Shown: positions 1-10,361 of the stretch, one piece after another
How positions within the stretch are numbered: the first letter of the stretch is position 1
How the letters are laid out: every line of letters starts with the position of its first letter
NCBI GenBank assembly: GCA_963698415.1
Contig: CAVOQS010000008.1
Location: forward strand, 197,512 to 261,511
Reading direction: 5' to 3'
DNA length: 64,000 bases
Source of the DNA: an uncultured Gammaproteobacteria bacterium
GTDB taxonomy: Bacteria; Pseudomonadota; Gammaproteobacteria; Steroidobacterales; Woeseiaceae
Translations under genes and position numbers: made by a program
Notes under the pieces: generated by a model
What the model was told of the DNA's origin: nothing
The model's database searches: none
The model's input: only the letters and a program-made list of their open reading frames with translations

Positions 1-1
1 C

Positions 2-1069
2 GACCCCGTGCTGCGCGTCGGTCTCGAGAACTACCCCACTGATGGGAGCGGTTTCTCGGCCGAGGGCATGACCCAGGCAAGACTCGGAATACGGCAGGCC
101 TTTCCCCGAGGGCGTGTTCGCGAGCTGGGCAGCGAGCAGATGCTCGCGCGGGCCGATGCCTTCGATAGCAGTGCCGACGCGAGGTTGCGCGAAGTCCTGA
201 CGTCTGTTCGCAGCACCTGGCTAAAGGCGTACTACTCGCAGCAAGCCTGGTCGCTGGTCAATGAATCGCGGCCATTTTTTGCCGATCTCGTGACGATCAC
301 ACGTTCGATGTACGCCGTTGGACGAAAGTCACAGCATGACGTGTTGCGCGCGGAACTCGAACTCAGCCGGCTCGACGACCGTCTGATCGAAGCCGATCGA
401 GCGAGGTCGGAGGCGCAGGCCAGGCTGTCGCGATGGTTGGGGCAAGACGCCTGGCGTCCGATCGCGATGAAGCTACCTGCCTGGGAGACGTTGCCACAAC
501 AAGCCGAGCTGCGGGAGGGTCTCGCCAGCCACCCGGTTCTTGCAGCCGCGACGGCGGAAGTATCGGCACAGCAAGCCGCGGTCGACATGGCGGAGGAAAA
601 CCAGAAACCGGGCTGGGCGCTCGATATTGGCTACGGCTATCGCGAGGGGTATCAGCCAGGCGGTGCACCGCGTTCGGACCTTGTCAGCCTGGCGGTCACC
701 GTTGATTTGCCGTTCTTCGGGAAGAATCGCCAGGACCGCAAGCTTGCTGCGGCGCTGAGCGAACGCAGCGCGGCGAAACACTCGCGAATCGCATTGGAGG
801 CACAGCTACAGAGTGAGCTCGATGCCGAGTACGCGCGCTGGTTGGACCTGACGCGCCGGCTCGAGCTTTACGAGGCACGGATTCTCCAACAATCGAAGAG
901 CCAGGCGCAGGCCGCATTGCTTGCTTACCAAAGCGACACGGCAGATTTCTCGGACGTCATGCGCGGCTTCATCGACGATCTGAATACCCGGCTTGAACAC
1001 ATTCGCCTGCAGGTCGAGCGCGCGCAAAGCTATGCCGTTCTCGCCAACCTCGGAGGTCTGGAACAATGA
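2..1069 (+). CDS. cusC: Outer-membrane efflux factor (TolC/CusC family), 5' end cut by window edge
   Basis: Frame is open from nt 2. Sequence is helical-repeat OMF-like. Its stop overlaps the next start (ATGA), making it first gene of a C-B-A efflux operon. Confidence 0.75.
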   Translation, partial: DPVLRVGLENYPTDGSGFSAEGMTQARLGIRQAFPRGRVRELGSEQMLARADAFDSSADARLREVLTSVRSTWLKAYYSQQAWSLVNESRPFFADLVTITRSMYAVGRKSQHDVLRAELELSRLDDRLIEADRARSEAQARLSRWLGQDAWRPIAMKLPAWETLPQQAELREGLASHPVLAAATAEVSAQQAAVDMAEENQKPGWALDIGYGYREGYQPGGAPRSDLVSLAVTVDLPFFGKNRQDRKLAAALSERSAAKHSRIALEAQLQSELDAEYARWLDLTRRLELYEARILQQSKSQAQAALLAYQSDTADFSDVMRGFIDDLNTRLEHIRLQVERAQSYAVLANLGGLEQ

Positions 1070-2265
1070 AGACAAAAATTCTGGTCGCAGTCGCGATCCT
1101 GGCAGCACTTGCCACAGGCGTGCTTGTGGGTCGGCAGCAGCCTGGCGATAAGCCGGCACCCGCAACAGTCGAGAACGACATCCTGTACTGGGTCGCGCCG
1201 ATGGACCCGGACTACAGGCGCGACGGGCCTGGCAAGTCACCGATGGGCATGGATCTCGTACCGGTCTACGCAAATGCAGCCGCAACGCGGCCCGGAGTGG
1301 TCTCGATTGATCCGACGCTGGTCAGCAATCTTGGCGTTCGTACTGCCCTGGCAGAGCGCGGGACCTTACCGCGCCGGATCGAAACCGTGGGCTACATCGG
1401 CTACGACGAGGATACCCTGCAGCACATCCACACGCGCGTCGACGGCTGGATAGAGACGCTCGCAAAGACCGCGACAGGCGACGCCGTCAAGCAGGGTGAG
1501 CTCTTGTTCGAGCTTTATTCGCCGACGCTCGTCAATGCACAGCAGGAATTCCTGACCGCGCTGGCGAGCAATAACCAGGGACTGAAGGATGCCTCGAGTG
1601 ATCGACTGACAGCGCTGGGGGTCACCAGGAGTGAGGTTGCGCGGCTCCAGCGTGAACGCACGGTTAGCCAGCGCATCCGTGTCTATGCAGAGTCGGATGG
1701 TGTCGTTGCGCACCTCGGTGTCCGCGAAGGCATCTTCGTAACGCCCGCCACCGAGGTCATGTCGGTGGCGCGCCTCGATCGGGTCTGGGTGCTGGCCGAG
1801 GTATTCGAGCGGCAGTCGGCCTGGGTGCAGCCCGGCCAGGAGGCAAGCGTCGAGCTGGACTTTCTGCCGGGCAGGATACTGCAGGGCTCAGTCGATTACG
1901 TGTATCCGGAACTTGATCCCGTGACGCGCACACTGAAAGTTCGGCTGCGCTTCGACAATGAAGGGGAAACACTCCGGCCGAACATGTTCGCCCGTGTTGT
2001 GATCGACGGCAGCGCAATTGACGATGTCGTTCATGTACCGCGCGAAGCCGTCATTCGGGGCGGCTCGTCGAACCGGGTTGTGGTCGACCTTGGCGACGGC
2101 CGATTCGAGTCGCGCAAAGTGCTGATCGGGATCGAGTCCGGCGAGCGCGTAGCGATTCGCCGGGGCCTGGCGGAAGGAGAACGCGTCGTAACGTCGGCCC
2201 AGTTCCTGATCGATTCCGAGTCGAACATTAACAGTGCCCTGAATCGATTGGAGACCTCGAAATGA
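1066..2265 (+). CDS. cusB: Heavy-metal efflux RND periplasmic adaptor (CusB-like)
   Basis: 399-aa ORF with an N-terminal signal/anchor and the CusB-type Met motif GKSPMGMDLVPVY. ATGA-coupled to both neighbours. Confidence 0.85.
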   Translation: MKTKILVAVAILAALATGVLVGRQQPGDKPAPATVENDILYWVAPMDPDYRRDGPGKSPMGMDLVPVYANAAATRPGVVSIDPTLVSNLGVRTALAERGTLPRRIETVGYIGYDEDTLQHIHTRVDGWIETLAKTATGDAVKQGELLFELYSPTLVNAQQEFLTALASNNQGLKDASSDRLTALGVTRSEVARLQRERTVSQRIRVYAESDGVVAHLGVREGIFVTPATEVMSVARLDRVWVLAEVFERQSAWVQPGQEASVELDFLPGRILQGSVDYVYPELDPVTRTLKVRLRFDNEGETLRPNMFARVVIDGSAIDDVVHVPREAVIRGGSSNRVVVDLGDGRFESRKVLIGIESGERVAIRRGLAEGERVVTSAQFLIDSESNINSALNRLETSK

Positions 2266-5200
2266 TAGCCGCACTCATTCGTTGGTCAATCCGCAACCGG
2301 GTCCTTGTGGTGATTGCCGCCGTTATCGTGGCGGCCGCAGGCGTGTATGCGGTCAAGGAAACACCGGTCGATGCGCTCCCGGATCTTTCCGATGTGCAGG
2401 TGATCGTCAAGACATCGTTTCCGGGGCAGGCTCCGCAGGTTGTCGAAGACCAGGTCACGTATCCGCTGACGACCGCGATGCTGTCAGTGCCGAAGGCCGT
2501 CACTGTCCGGGGCTACTCGTTCTTCGGTGACTCCTACGTCTATGTCATTTTCGAAGACGGTACGGATCTCTACTGGGCGCGATCCAGGGTTCTTGAGTAC
2601 CTGAACCAGGCAGCGTCCAGCTTGCCATCGGACGCTACGTCGTCGCTGGGACCCGACGCAACCGGGGTGGGCTGGGTCTTCCAGTTTGCGCTCGTGGACC
2701 GGACAGGGCAGCACGACCTCGCTGAACTGCGCAGCCTGCAGGACTGGTTTATCAAGTACGAGTTGCAGACCGTGGCGGGCGTTGCCGAGGTTGCAACGAT
2801 CGGTGGCATGGTTCGCCAGTACCAGGTCGTGGTCGATCCGGACAAGCTCCGCGCGTTCGGAATTACGCTGGCAAAACTCAAGGAAGCCATCCGCAACGGC
2901 AACCAGGAAACCGGCGGGTCCGTGATTGAAATGGGCGAAGCCGAGTACATGGTGCGCGCGACCGGGTACCTGCAGGGCATCGACGATCTTGCGGCTATCC
3001 CGCTCGGCGTGAACCCGCAGGGAACGCCGCTACTGCTTGCCGACGTCGCCGAGATTCGGATAGGACCGCAAATACGACGCGGTATAGCCGACCTCAACGG
3101 CGAGGGTGAAGTCGTTGGCGGCGTGGTTGTCATGCGCTGGGGTGAAAATGCCTCGGCCACGATCAATGCAGTCAAAGCGCGCCTGGCCGAGCTGGAGAAG
3201 AGTCTCCCGGATGGTGTGGAGATCGTCACGACCTACGATCGCTCGGAGCTGATCGAACGCTCGGTAAACACGCTCAAGAGCACGCTGATCAAGGAGTTCA
3301 TTGTCGTTGCGCTGGTCTGTGCGCTGTTCCTGTTTCACCTGCGCTCATCTGCCGTCATCGTGCTGAGTCTGCCTCTCGGTGTGCTGGTTGCGTTCATCGT
3401 CATGCGGGTGCAAGGGCTCAACGCAAACATCATGTCGCTGGGCGGCATCGCGATTGCGATTGGCGCTATGGTCGACTCGGCGATCGTCATGATCGAAAAC
3501 GTTCACAAGCATATTGAGAAAGAACCACTGACGCGCGAGAACCGCTGGCGAATCATGGGCGAGGCAGCAGCCGAAGTGGGTCCACCGCTGTTCTTCTCGC
3601 TGCTGATCATAACCTTGAGCTTCCTGCCGGTATTTACGCTCGAGGCCCAGGAAGGTCGCCTGTTCGCGCCGCTCGCGTTTACAAAGACCTACGCGATGGC
3701 TGCGGCTGCAGTCCTGTCGATTACGCTGGTACCCGTGCTCATGGGCTACTTCATTCGAGGCACGGTTATTCACGAGGACAAGAACCCGGTGAACCGCGCA
3801 TTGATCGCTGTGTATCGTCCCGTTATCAGCGCTGTCATTCGTTCGCCGAGAGCCACCCTGCTTGCCGCGGCGATCATTCTCATCATCGGCCTGTGGCCGG
3901 CCACTCGCCTGGGATCGGAGTTCATGCCCCCGCTTGATGAAGGCGATCTCATGTACATGCCCACAACGTACCCGGGTGTGTCCATCGGCAAGGCGCGCGA
4001 AATTCTGCAGCACACCGACAGGATGATCAGCCAGGTGCCCGAGGTTAAACAGGTGTTCGGCAAGATTGGACGTGCGGAGACCGCGACGGACCCGGCGCCC
4101 CTGACCATGATCGAGACAGTCATTCAGCTTAAGCCTCGCTCTGAATGGAGAGCTGGCATGACTCCCGGGAAATTGCGTGCGGAGCTCGACAAAGCCGTCC
4201 AGTACACGGGCCTGACCAATGCATGGGTAATGCCAATCAAGACGCGCATTGACATGCTGGCAACCGGTATCAAAACGCCGGTCGGCATCAAGGTTGCAGG
4301 CCCCGACATTAGGGTAATCGAAGGCATCGGCCAGCAGCTTGAACAGATACTCAAAGGAGTGACTGGTACCGCTTCGGTGTATTCGGAACGGGTTGCAGGT
4401 GGTCGCTATGTGGACGTCGACATCGACAGGCGTCGGGCATCGCGCTTCGGATTGAACATCAGCGACGTACAGGACGTTATTCGTACGGCTGTCGGTGGCA
4501 TGAACGTGACGCAGACCGTGGAGGGCCTCGAACGCTATCCTGTGAACGTCCGCTACCCGCAACGCGTCCGCGATTCGGTGCAACAGCTACGCCTGCTGCC
4601 AATCGTCACGCCATCGGGTGCGCGAATTGCACTGGCCGATGTCGCTGACGTGACGGTTGTCGATGGCCCCCCGGTCATCAAGAGCGAGAATGCTCGCCCG
4701 AACGGCTGGACGTACGTGGACATAGTGGATCGCGACCTCGGATCCTATGTTGCCGAAGCACAGCAGGTCGTTGCCGAGTCGATCGAAATGCCGGCGGGCT
4801 ACTCCCTCGCCTGGTCCGGACAATATGAGTACATGGTGCGGGCCCAGGAACGGCTTGCCGTGCTTGGGCCGATTACACTGGCAGTGATCGTCTTGCTCCT
4901 GTTTATCAATTTCGGACGATTCGGCGAAGTGGCGATTGTCATGGGCACATTACCGTTTGCGCTGATCGGTGGCCTTTGGCTGCTGTACTTGCTTGGCTAC
5001 GATTTGTCGGTAGCAGTCGGGGTCGGCTTCATCGCCCTGGCTGGTGTTGCGGTCGAGATCGGCGTGATCATGCTGGTGTACCTCAACCAGGCACTCGAGC
5101 GACGGACGATCACTGGCGTGCAGGATATTGAGACGGCTGTCATGGAGGGTGCTCTGCTGCGCATCCGGCCGGTGGTGATGACGGTGGCGGCGACCATTGG

Positions 5201-5366
5201 TGGCTTGCTGCCGATCATGTTGTCCGGCGGGACGGGTTCCGAGGTGATGCGGCGCATTGCCGCACCCATGGTGGGTGGCATGGTCAGTGCTACGGTGCTG
5301 GCGCTTGCCGTGATTCCGGCGTTGTTCCTGCTCTGGCGTCGGCGACAAGTGCAGGAACAGGCCTGA
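2262..5366 (+). CDS. cusA: CusA/CzcA family heavy-metal efflux RND permease
   Basis: 1034-aa ORF, collinear with E. coli CusA as I recall it (DALPDLSDVQVIVKTSFPGQAPQVVEDQVTYPLTT, GGIAIAIGAMVDSAIVMIEN, 12-TM RND layout). Confidence 0.95.
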   Translation: MIAALIRWSIRNRVLVVIAAVIVAAAGVYAVKETPVDALPDLSDVQVIVKTSFPGQAPQVVEDQVTYPLTTAMLSVPKAVTVRGYSFFGDSYVYVIFEDGTDLYWARSRVLEYLNQAASSLPSDATSSLGPDATGVGWVFQFALVDRTGQHDLAELRSLQDWFIKYELQTVAGVAEVATIGGMVRQYQVVVDPDKLRAFGITLAKLKEAIRNGNQETGGSVIEMGEAEYMVRATGYLQGIDDLAAIPLGVNPQGTPLLLADVAEIRIGPQIRRGIADLNGEGEVVGGVVVMRWGENASATINAVKARLAELEKSLPDGVEIVTTYDRSELIERSVNTLKSTLIKEFIVVALVCALFLFHLRSSAVIVLSLPLGVLVAFIVMRVQGLNANIMSLGGIAIAIGAMVDSAIVMIENVHKHIEKEPLTRENRWRIMGEAAAEVGPPLFFSLLIITLSFLPVFTLEAQEGRLFAPLAFTKTYAMAAAAVLSITLVPVLMGYFIRGTVIHEDKNPVNRALIAVYRPVISAVIRSPRATLLAAAIILIIGLWPATRLGSEFMPPLDEGDLMYMPTTYPGVSIGKAREILQHTDRMISQVPEVKQVFGKIGRAETATDPAPLTMIETVIQLKPRSEWRAGMTPGKLRAELDKAVQYTGLTNAWVMPIKTRIDMLATGIKTPVGIKVAGPDIRVIEGIGQQLEQILKGVTGTASVYSERVAGGRYVDVDIDRRRASRFGLNISDVQDVIRTAVGGMNVTQTVEGLERYPVNVRYPQRVRDSVQQLRLLPIVTPSGARIALADVADVTVVDGPPVIKSENARPNGWTYVDIVDRDLGSYVAEAQQVVAESIEMPAGYSLAWSGQYEYMVRAQERLAVLGPITLAVIVLLLFINFGRFGEVAIVMGTLPFALIGGLWLLYLLGYDLSVAVGVGFIALAGVAVEIGVIMLVYLNQALERRTITGVQDIETAVMEGALLRIRPVVMTVAATIGGLLPIMLSGGTGSEVMRRIAAPMVGGMVSATVLALAVIPALFLLWRRRQVQEQA

Positions 5367-5384
5367 CGCGCCTGCCAGGAAAAC

Positions 5385-6494
5385 TCAGCCGGGGACCGGA
5401 TAATTATTCAGCCCGCCGCGCAGCACTGCGGATTGAAAGCCCCTTTTGATCAGAATGAAGGCCGCAGCGGCACTGCGTCGCCCAGTGTCACAATAGACAA
5501 TGTACGGTGTTGCCCGATCCAGCTTGTCCAGCTTGTGGCGAAGAAGATAAAGTGGAACATTCAAGGCTCCAGTCTTACCGTTGGCCTCGAATTCACTCGG
5601 CAACCGAACGTCAAGCCACTTGGCGCCCTGGGCGGCCGCTTCGTCGGCTTCTTCATGATCCAGCAATACCACCAGGGGTTCATTCAGAAGCTCCTGGAAA
5701 TCTGCCCTTCCCAATTGCATTAGAATGCCGTCGGTCTGCATCTTTACCGTGGCATTGCGCTCGGCCTCGCTAATTAGTGCCTCCTCGCCGAACGTTCCGC
5801 CAACGCGCAGCACGGCAAGATCGATGTCTTGCTTACCAGCGGGCGTCTCACGAGTGACCACGCACCGCCCACTGCGAATAACATAGAAGTAGTCGCCAGC
5901 ACTGCCTTGCTGGATGACGACGTCACCAGCCTTGAAGTCCCGTCGCTGCATGCGCATAAATATCTTCTGAATGCAGTGCGGCGGTATTTGCTGGAAAAGC
6001 TCTGTCCGCAAAAATGACGTCATCCAGTCACACTCTCCGGCATCCGGTGCGGAACGAAAATCGGATACTTCGTAGACCCCGGTTTGATCCAGCATCAGCG
6101 TCATATCCAGCAAGTCACTGTCGATCGTGAAGTATCGGACATTGTCAACGGCGACGGCGGTCTCCTGGCGTGGAAACTGCGGGGCTATCGGGTGCTTTGC
6201 CTCGTCGGTCCCGCCAGTGATGCGGCGCCTGGTGGCGTCATCCCCTGCCAGTTCGATGGTTCCCAAAAGCAGGTAAACGGATCGCTTATCGGAGTCGCCC
6301 TGGTTAAATAGCGCCTGGCCCTGGCTGGCCTGCAGCGTCTTGACGTTCGCCAGAAGACTCTCAAGATTGTCCGTCTTGAGCCCGCTAAAAGGCGAAAAAG
6401 CGCTTAGGCGTGCAACATCCATGTTACTGATCATTGCCGTAGTATTCTCCGAATTCATGCGAGCCAATCGTCGCGAGCGGAAGAATCCTAGCAT
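5385..6494 (-). CDS. Protein with two cyclic-nucleotide-binding domains and a C-terminal rhodanese domain
   Basis: 369-aa ORF. Two CAP-effector-like segments (second contains FGEEALISEAERNATV), then a rhodanese-like end (IVYCDTGRRSAAAAFIL). Confidence 0.7.
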   Translation of the reverse strand: MLGFFRSRRLARMNSENTTAMISNMDVARLSAFSPFSGLKTDNLESLLANVKTLQASQGQALFNQGDSDKRSVYLLLGTIELAGDDATRRRITGGTDEAKHPIAPQFPRQETAVAVDNVRYFTIDSDLLDMTLMLDQTGVYEVSDFRSAPDAGECDWMTSFLRTELFQQIPPHCIQKIFMRMQRRDFKAGDVVIQQGSAGDYFYVIRSGRCVVTRETPAGKQDIDLAVLRVGGTFGEEALISEAERNATVKMQTDGILMQLGRADFQELLNEPLVVLLDHEEADEAAAQGAKWLDVRLPSEFEANGKTGALNVPLYLLRHKLDKLDRATPYIVYCDTGRRSAAAAFILIKRGFQSAVLRGGLNNYPVPG

Positions 6495-6706
6495 GCGGTG
6501 TTTCAGTTCTTACCATGAAAGCTTTCCGGTTCCTGGCTGCGCGCACATGGCTCTGCCCAACGGTGACATATGGGAAAACGTGACCTGCAGAGCGCAGATT
6601 CATTGTCATTTTTCAGCCGTTGATCGAGCTGCGAGATGGGTTTGCACGCGCGTTACCAGTCGACTTGCGCGAATCCTGTGGATAGTCCTGACGGCAACGC
6701 CAGCGG

Positions 6707-6922
6707 TCAGGCGTCGAGATCGGGAATCAGTTCGCTCTCGAGCATTGCGATCATGTCTTTCAGCAGGAGTTTTCGTTTCTTGAGCCTGCGGATGCGCAGC
6801 TGATCCACCATGGGGTCTTCCTGCAGGCGGTCGATCAGGTAGTCGAGGTCCCTGTGGCTGACCCGCAGCTCACGTAATCGCTCCAGTTGAGCAAACGATT
6901 CTGTGTCTACCTTGTCAGTCAT
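6707..6922 (-). CDS. YdcH/DUF465 family small protein
   Basis: 71-aa ORF with an ATG start and a coiled pattern typical of DUF465 (HRDLDYLIDRL ... RRLKKRKLLLKD). Confidence 0.6.
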   Translation of the reverse strand: MTDKVDTESFAQLERLRELRVSHRDLDYLIDRLQEDPMVDQLRIRRLKKRKLLLKDMIAMLESELIPDLDA

Positions 6923-6931
6923 ACTTCCATG

Positions 6932-7735
6932 CTACTCGCTGACAGGCAGCAGTGACAACCAGTCTTTGTCAGCCGCACCGATGACCAAAAAGTGCGGATT
7001 CAGGATGTCTGCTTTCGCATTATATTTCATCGGCTTGCCGTCAAGCGTCACGACGTGGCCGCCGGCCTGTTCGACCACCGCCTGGGCTGCCGCGGTGTCC
7101 CACTCGGATGTCGGACCGAGGCGGGGGTAGAGGTCCGCACCGCCCTCGGCGACGACACAGAATTTCAATGAGCTGCCCATCGGAACCATGTCGTAGTCGC
7201 CCAGGTTTTCGAGGTAAGCGTCGAGGCTCGCGCCGCGGTGCGAGCGGCTGCCCACGATCCTGGGCGGCTTGCCTGCAGTCGCAGCGACCTCTATCGCGAC
7301 CGCCTCGGTGTCGCCGTCACGACGCCGAGCACCGATTCCCTTGCAGCCCACGTAGGTCTTGCCGGATACCGGCACGTGCACCACCCCGAGCACGGGCCGC
7401 TGGTTCTCGATCAGCGCGATATTGACCGTGAATTCGCCATTGCGATTGACAAATTCCTTGGTCCCGTCGAGTGGATCAATGAGCCAGTAGCGCGTCCATT
7501 GGCTACGTTCCTCAAAATCCGGGAGGCCGGATTCTTCTGAAATGATCGGGATATCCGGGGTGAGCGACTTGAGGCCCGCCTCAATCCAGCGGTGCGATGC
7601 AAGGTCGGCCTGGGTGAGTGGCGATTCGTCGTCCTTGCTTTGCACCTCAAAGTCGGTCGAGTAGACTTCGAGGATCGCGCGACCGGCATCTTCGGCCAGC
7701 GCCACGATCGGATCAACGAGGGACTTCAGGTCCAT
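6932..7735 (-). CDS. cysQ: 3'(2'),5'-bisphosphate nucleotidase
   Basis: 267-aa inositol-monophosphatase-fold ORF with EESG and WLIDPLDGTKEF motifs. ATG at 7735. Confidence 0.85.
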   Translation of the reverse strand: MDLKSLVDPIVALAEDAGRAILEVYSTDFEVQSKDDESPLTQADLASHRWIEAGLKSLTPDIPIISEESGLPDFEERSQWTRYWLIDPLDGTKEFVNRNGEFTVNIALIENQRPVLGVVHVPVSGKTYVGCKGIGARRRDGDTEAVAIEVAATAGKPPRIVGSRSHRGASLDAYLENLGDYDMVPMGSSLKFCVVAEGGADLYPRLGPTSEWDTAAAQAVVEQAGGHVVTLDGKPMKYNAKADILNPHFLVIGAADKDWLSLLPVSE

Positions 7736-7774
7736 GTCTTATTCCTGCAGGACAACCGGGCGCGCAGTATAGCA

Positions 7775-8440
7775 ATGATTTTTGACCCGCAAATGACACT
7801 CGAGCGATGCGAAACGCTGATGCTCGACATGGACGGGACCATCCTCGATCTCGCCTTCGATAACTACATCTGGAAAGACCTCGTTCCCCGCCGATACGCC
7901 ACCGCCAATGGCATGACACTCGAAGCGGCACGGGCGCATCTCTTCGCGCAGTACTCGGCTGTGCAGGGCGACCTGGAGTGGTACTGCCTCGATCACTGGA
8001 ACGAGCGCCTGGGTATTGATGTGGTCAAAATCCACCACGATGTGACACACCGTATCGGCTACCTGCCAGGCGCGCTGGATTTTCTTCGCCGCGTGCACCA
8101 GTCTGATGTGCGCGTACTACTCGTCACCAACTCGCACCCGGACACCCTGAATTTGAAAGACGCCGTTACCGGGCTGGCCGATTATTTCGACGGTGTGTAC
8201 AGCTCGCATACCTATGGTCACGCCAAAGAATCGCAGTCTTTCTGGGACGCACTGCAGGCCGATGTGGGTTTCGATGTCGAGACGACGCTGTTTGTCGACG
8301 ATAGCCAGCCGGTGCTGCGCAGCGCACAGGAATTTGGCGTGGAGATGCTCGTCACCGTAACCCGGCCCGATACCTCAGAGCCCGTGAAACGGGGCTCCGA
8401 ATTCCGCGGCGTCGAAGGCGTGAAAGACCTGTTGCTGTAG
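7775..8440 (+). CDS. yrfG: HAD-family GMP/IMP nucleotidase (YrfG-like)
   Basis: LMLDMDGTILDLAFDNYIWKDLVP ... LFVDDS is collinear with E. coli YrfG as recalled. I chose ATG 7775 because the ORF-track start at 7592 would overlap divergent cysQ. Confidence 0.75.
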   Translation: MIFDPQMTLERCETLMLDMDGTILDLAFDNYIWKDLVPRRYATANGMTLEAARAHLFAQYSAVQGDLEWYCLDHWNERLGIDVVKIHHDVTHRIGYLPGALDFLRRVHQSDVRVLLVTNSHPDTLNLKDAVTGLADYFDGVYSSHTYGHAKESQSFWDALQADVGFDVETTLFVDDSQPVLRSAQEFGVEMLVTVTRPDTSEPVKRGSEFRGVEGVKDLLL

Positions 8441-8462
8441 GCAGCCCGCCTTGCGGGCGACC
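8436..8462. repeat. REP-like hairpin, family B (TGTAGGCAGCCCGCCTTGCGGGCGAC)
   Basis: 6-bp GC stem GCCCGC/GCGGGC in the 25-nt gap between convergent yrfG and rhlB. A near-identical motif lies at 11797-11822. Confidence 0.45.
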
Positions 8463-8465
8463 ACA

Positions 8466-9752
8466 TTATCGCCTGGGCGGGCGTCGGCTACCGCCGCCGG
8501 ACCGCGATCTGCCACCACCGCCGGATTTGCCGCGCGGTCCGTCTTTCCTGGGTTTGCGGGGACGTGGCTTCGGCTTCACAATTTCGGGCAGGTCTTCGTG
8601 ATTGTAGGTCGCAACCGGAATCTTGTGACCGATGTATTTCTCGATCTCCGGCAAGGTAATGACGTAGGTTTCACAGCCGAGGCTGATCGCGTCTCCGGCT
8701 GCGCCGGCTCGCGCGGTGCGGCCGATCCGGTGAACGTAGTCCTCGGCGTCCTGGGGCAGATCGTAGTTGATGACGTAGTGCACGTCCGGAACGTGCAGGC
8801 CACGGGACGCAACATCGGTGCCAATCAGCACCGGCAGCGTGCCGGCCTGGAAATCCATCAGCATGCGCAGCCGTTTCTTCTGCGGAACGTCGCCCGAAAT
8901 CGCCGCGGCCTGAATGCCGTTCGCCTCCAGGAAGTCCTGCACGCGTTCGGCCTCACGCTTCATATTCACGAAGATCATGATGCGTCCGTCACCCATCTCG
9001 CGAACCAGGCCGATGAGCAATCGCATCTTGTCTTCGTTGGACGGAAAGAAGATGGCCTGGCGCACGCGGTCCGCAGTGACCTTGTCAGGCTCTATACGGA
9101 TCAGCTCCGGCTCGTTCATGTGCTCGTATGCGAGCTCCATGACGCGTTGTGACAGCGTGGCGGAAAACAGCATGTTCAGGCGCTTGTCAGGATCGGGCAA
9201 GCGGCGCAGCAGGTAACGAATGTCCTTGATGAACCCGAGGTCGAACATGCGGTCGGCCTCGTCGAGGATCGCCACTTCAACCTGGTCGAGCTTGAACACG
9301 CCTTGCTTGAAGTAATCGATGATCCGCCCGGGCGTGCCAATCAGAAGATCGACGCCACCCTCGAGCGTCTTGCGCTGCTTTTCATAGTCTGTGCCGCCAA
9401 AGGCGAGCGCAATCTTGAGGCCCGTGTGTTTGCCGAGCACTTCGGCATCGTTGGCGATTTGCACCGCGAGTTCGCGAGTTGGCGCGAGCGCGAACACTCG
9501 AGGCTGCCGCTTTCTCTCGGGGTCGGGTTCCGTGTTCAGCAGGCGCTGGAAGGCGGCGATCAGGAACGCGGCGGTCTTGCCCGTGCCGGTTTGCGCCTGC
9601 CCGGCGACATCGTGCCCTTCAAGGGCAGTTGGCAGCGTACTTGCCTGGATGGGTGTGCAGAATTCGAAGCCTGCATCACGGATGCCCGCCTGGATGCGTT
9701 CATCCAGAGGCAATGAGTCGAATCTGAGGTCGCTCAGATGGTTTTCAGACAT
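8466..9752 (-). CDS. rhlB: ATP-dependent RNA helicase RhlB (DEAD-box)
   Basis: 428-aa ORF with Q-motif, AQTGTGKT, DEAD, SAT and HRIGRTAR motifs plus an Arg/Gly-rich tail. Sits divergent from trxA-rho, as in enterobacteria. Confidence 0.9.
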   Translation of the reverse strand: MSENHLSDLRFDSLPLDERIQAGIRDAGFEFCTPIQASTLPTALEGHDVAGQAQTGTGKTAAFLIAAFQRLLNTEPDPERKRQPRVFALAPTRELAVQIANDAEVLGKHTGLKIALAFGGTDYEKQRKTLEGGVDLLIGTPGRIIDYFKQGVFKLDQVEVAILDEADRMFDLGFIKDIRYLLRRLPDPDKRLNMLFSATLSQRVMELAYEHMNEPELIRIEPDKVTADRVRQAIFFPSNEDKMRLLIGLVREMGDGRIMIFVNMKREAERVQDFLEANGIQAAAISGDVPQKKRLRMLMDFQAGTLPVLIGTDVASRGLHVPDVHYVINYDLPQDAEDYVHRIGRTARAGAAGDAISLGCETYVITLPEIEKYIGHKIPVATYNHEDLPEIVKPKPRPRKPRKDGPRGKSGGGGRSRSGGGSRRPPRR

Positions 9753-10034
9753 AAAATTAGAACCGGAAAATGTGCGTTAAAAGCTTGCAAAATGGCTCAC
9801 GAAACGGTCAAATTGGCCCTAATTCGACGCGACAACCGTCGCACCCGCCAATTTCGCTTTTCAACGACCCAGAAAAAAGCCGGAAAAGTTACCGGAATTC
9901 GTCGGCAATAAAGCTGCGACATAGTGCCTGATAGTTTAGGCAGCGTCACCCATTTTTGAAATGTTCGTTCGTCAGTTGTTGGCGGCGGGCAATTCCATTA
10001 TCAACCTTAATGATACGTTTGAAGGAGTTAGCCG

Positions 10035-10361
10035 GTGAGCGACAAGATTGTGCACACCTCGGACGGCACGTTTGATGCCGATGTTTTACAGAACAGCAAG
10101 GCAGTACTGCTCGACTTCTGGGCCGAATGGTGTGGCCCCTGCAAGATGATCGCGCCGCTGCTTGATGAGATGGCTGACAAGTACGAAGACAAGCTTGCGG
10201 TCGTCAAACTGAATGTTGATGAGAACCCGAACACCGCTCAAAAGTTCGGTATTCGCAGCATTCCCACTTTAATCCTGTTCAAGAACGGCGCCGTTGAGGC
10301 GCAATTGATGGGCGCGATGCCGAAATCGCAGCTCGAAGAGTTCTTAGACACTAATCTGTGA
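10035..10361 (+). CDS. trxA: Thioredoxin
   Basis: 108-aa ORF with the WCGPCK active site. GTG start is 7 nt after GAAGGAG. Confidence 0.95.
   Translation: MSDKIVHTSDGTFDADVLQNSKAVLLDFWAEWCGPCKMIAPLLDEMADKYEDKLAVVKLNVDENPNTAQKFGIRSIPTLILFKNGAVEAQLMGAMPKSQLEEFLDTNL

Noticed and set aside
3345-4583. 412-aa ORF antisense to cusA
   Set aside because: It lies entirely within a full-length, strongly conserved RND permease gene. Composition is Arg/His-rich, typical of spurious antisense frames in GC-rich DNA.
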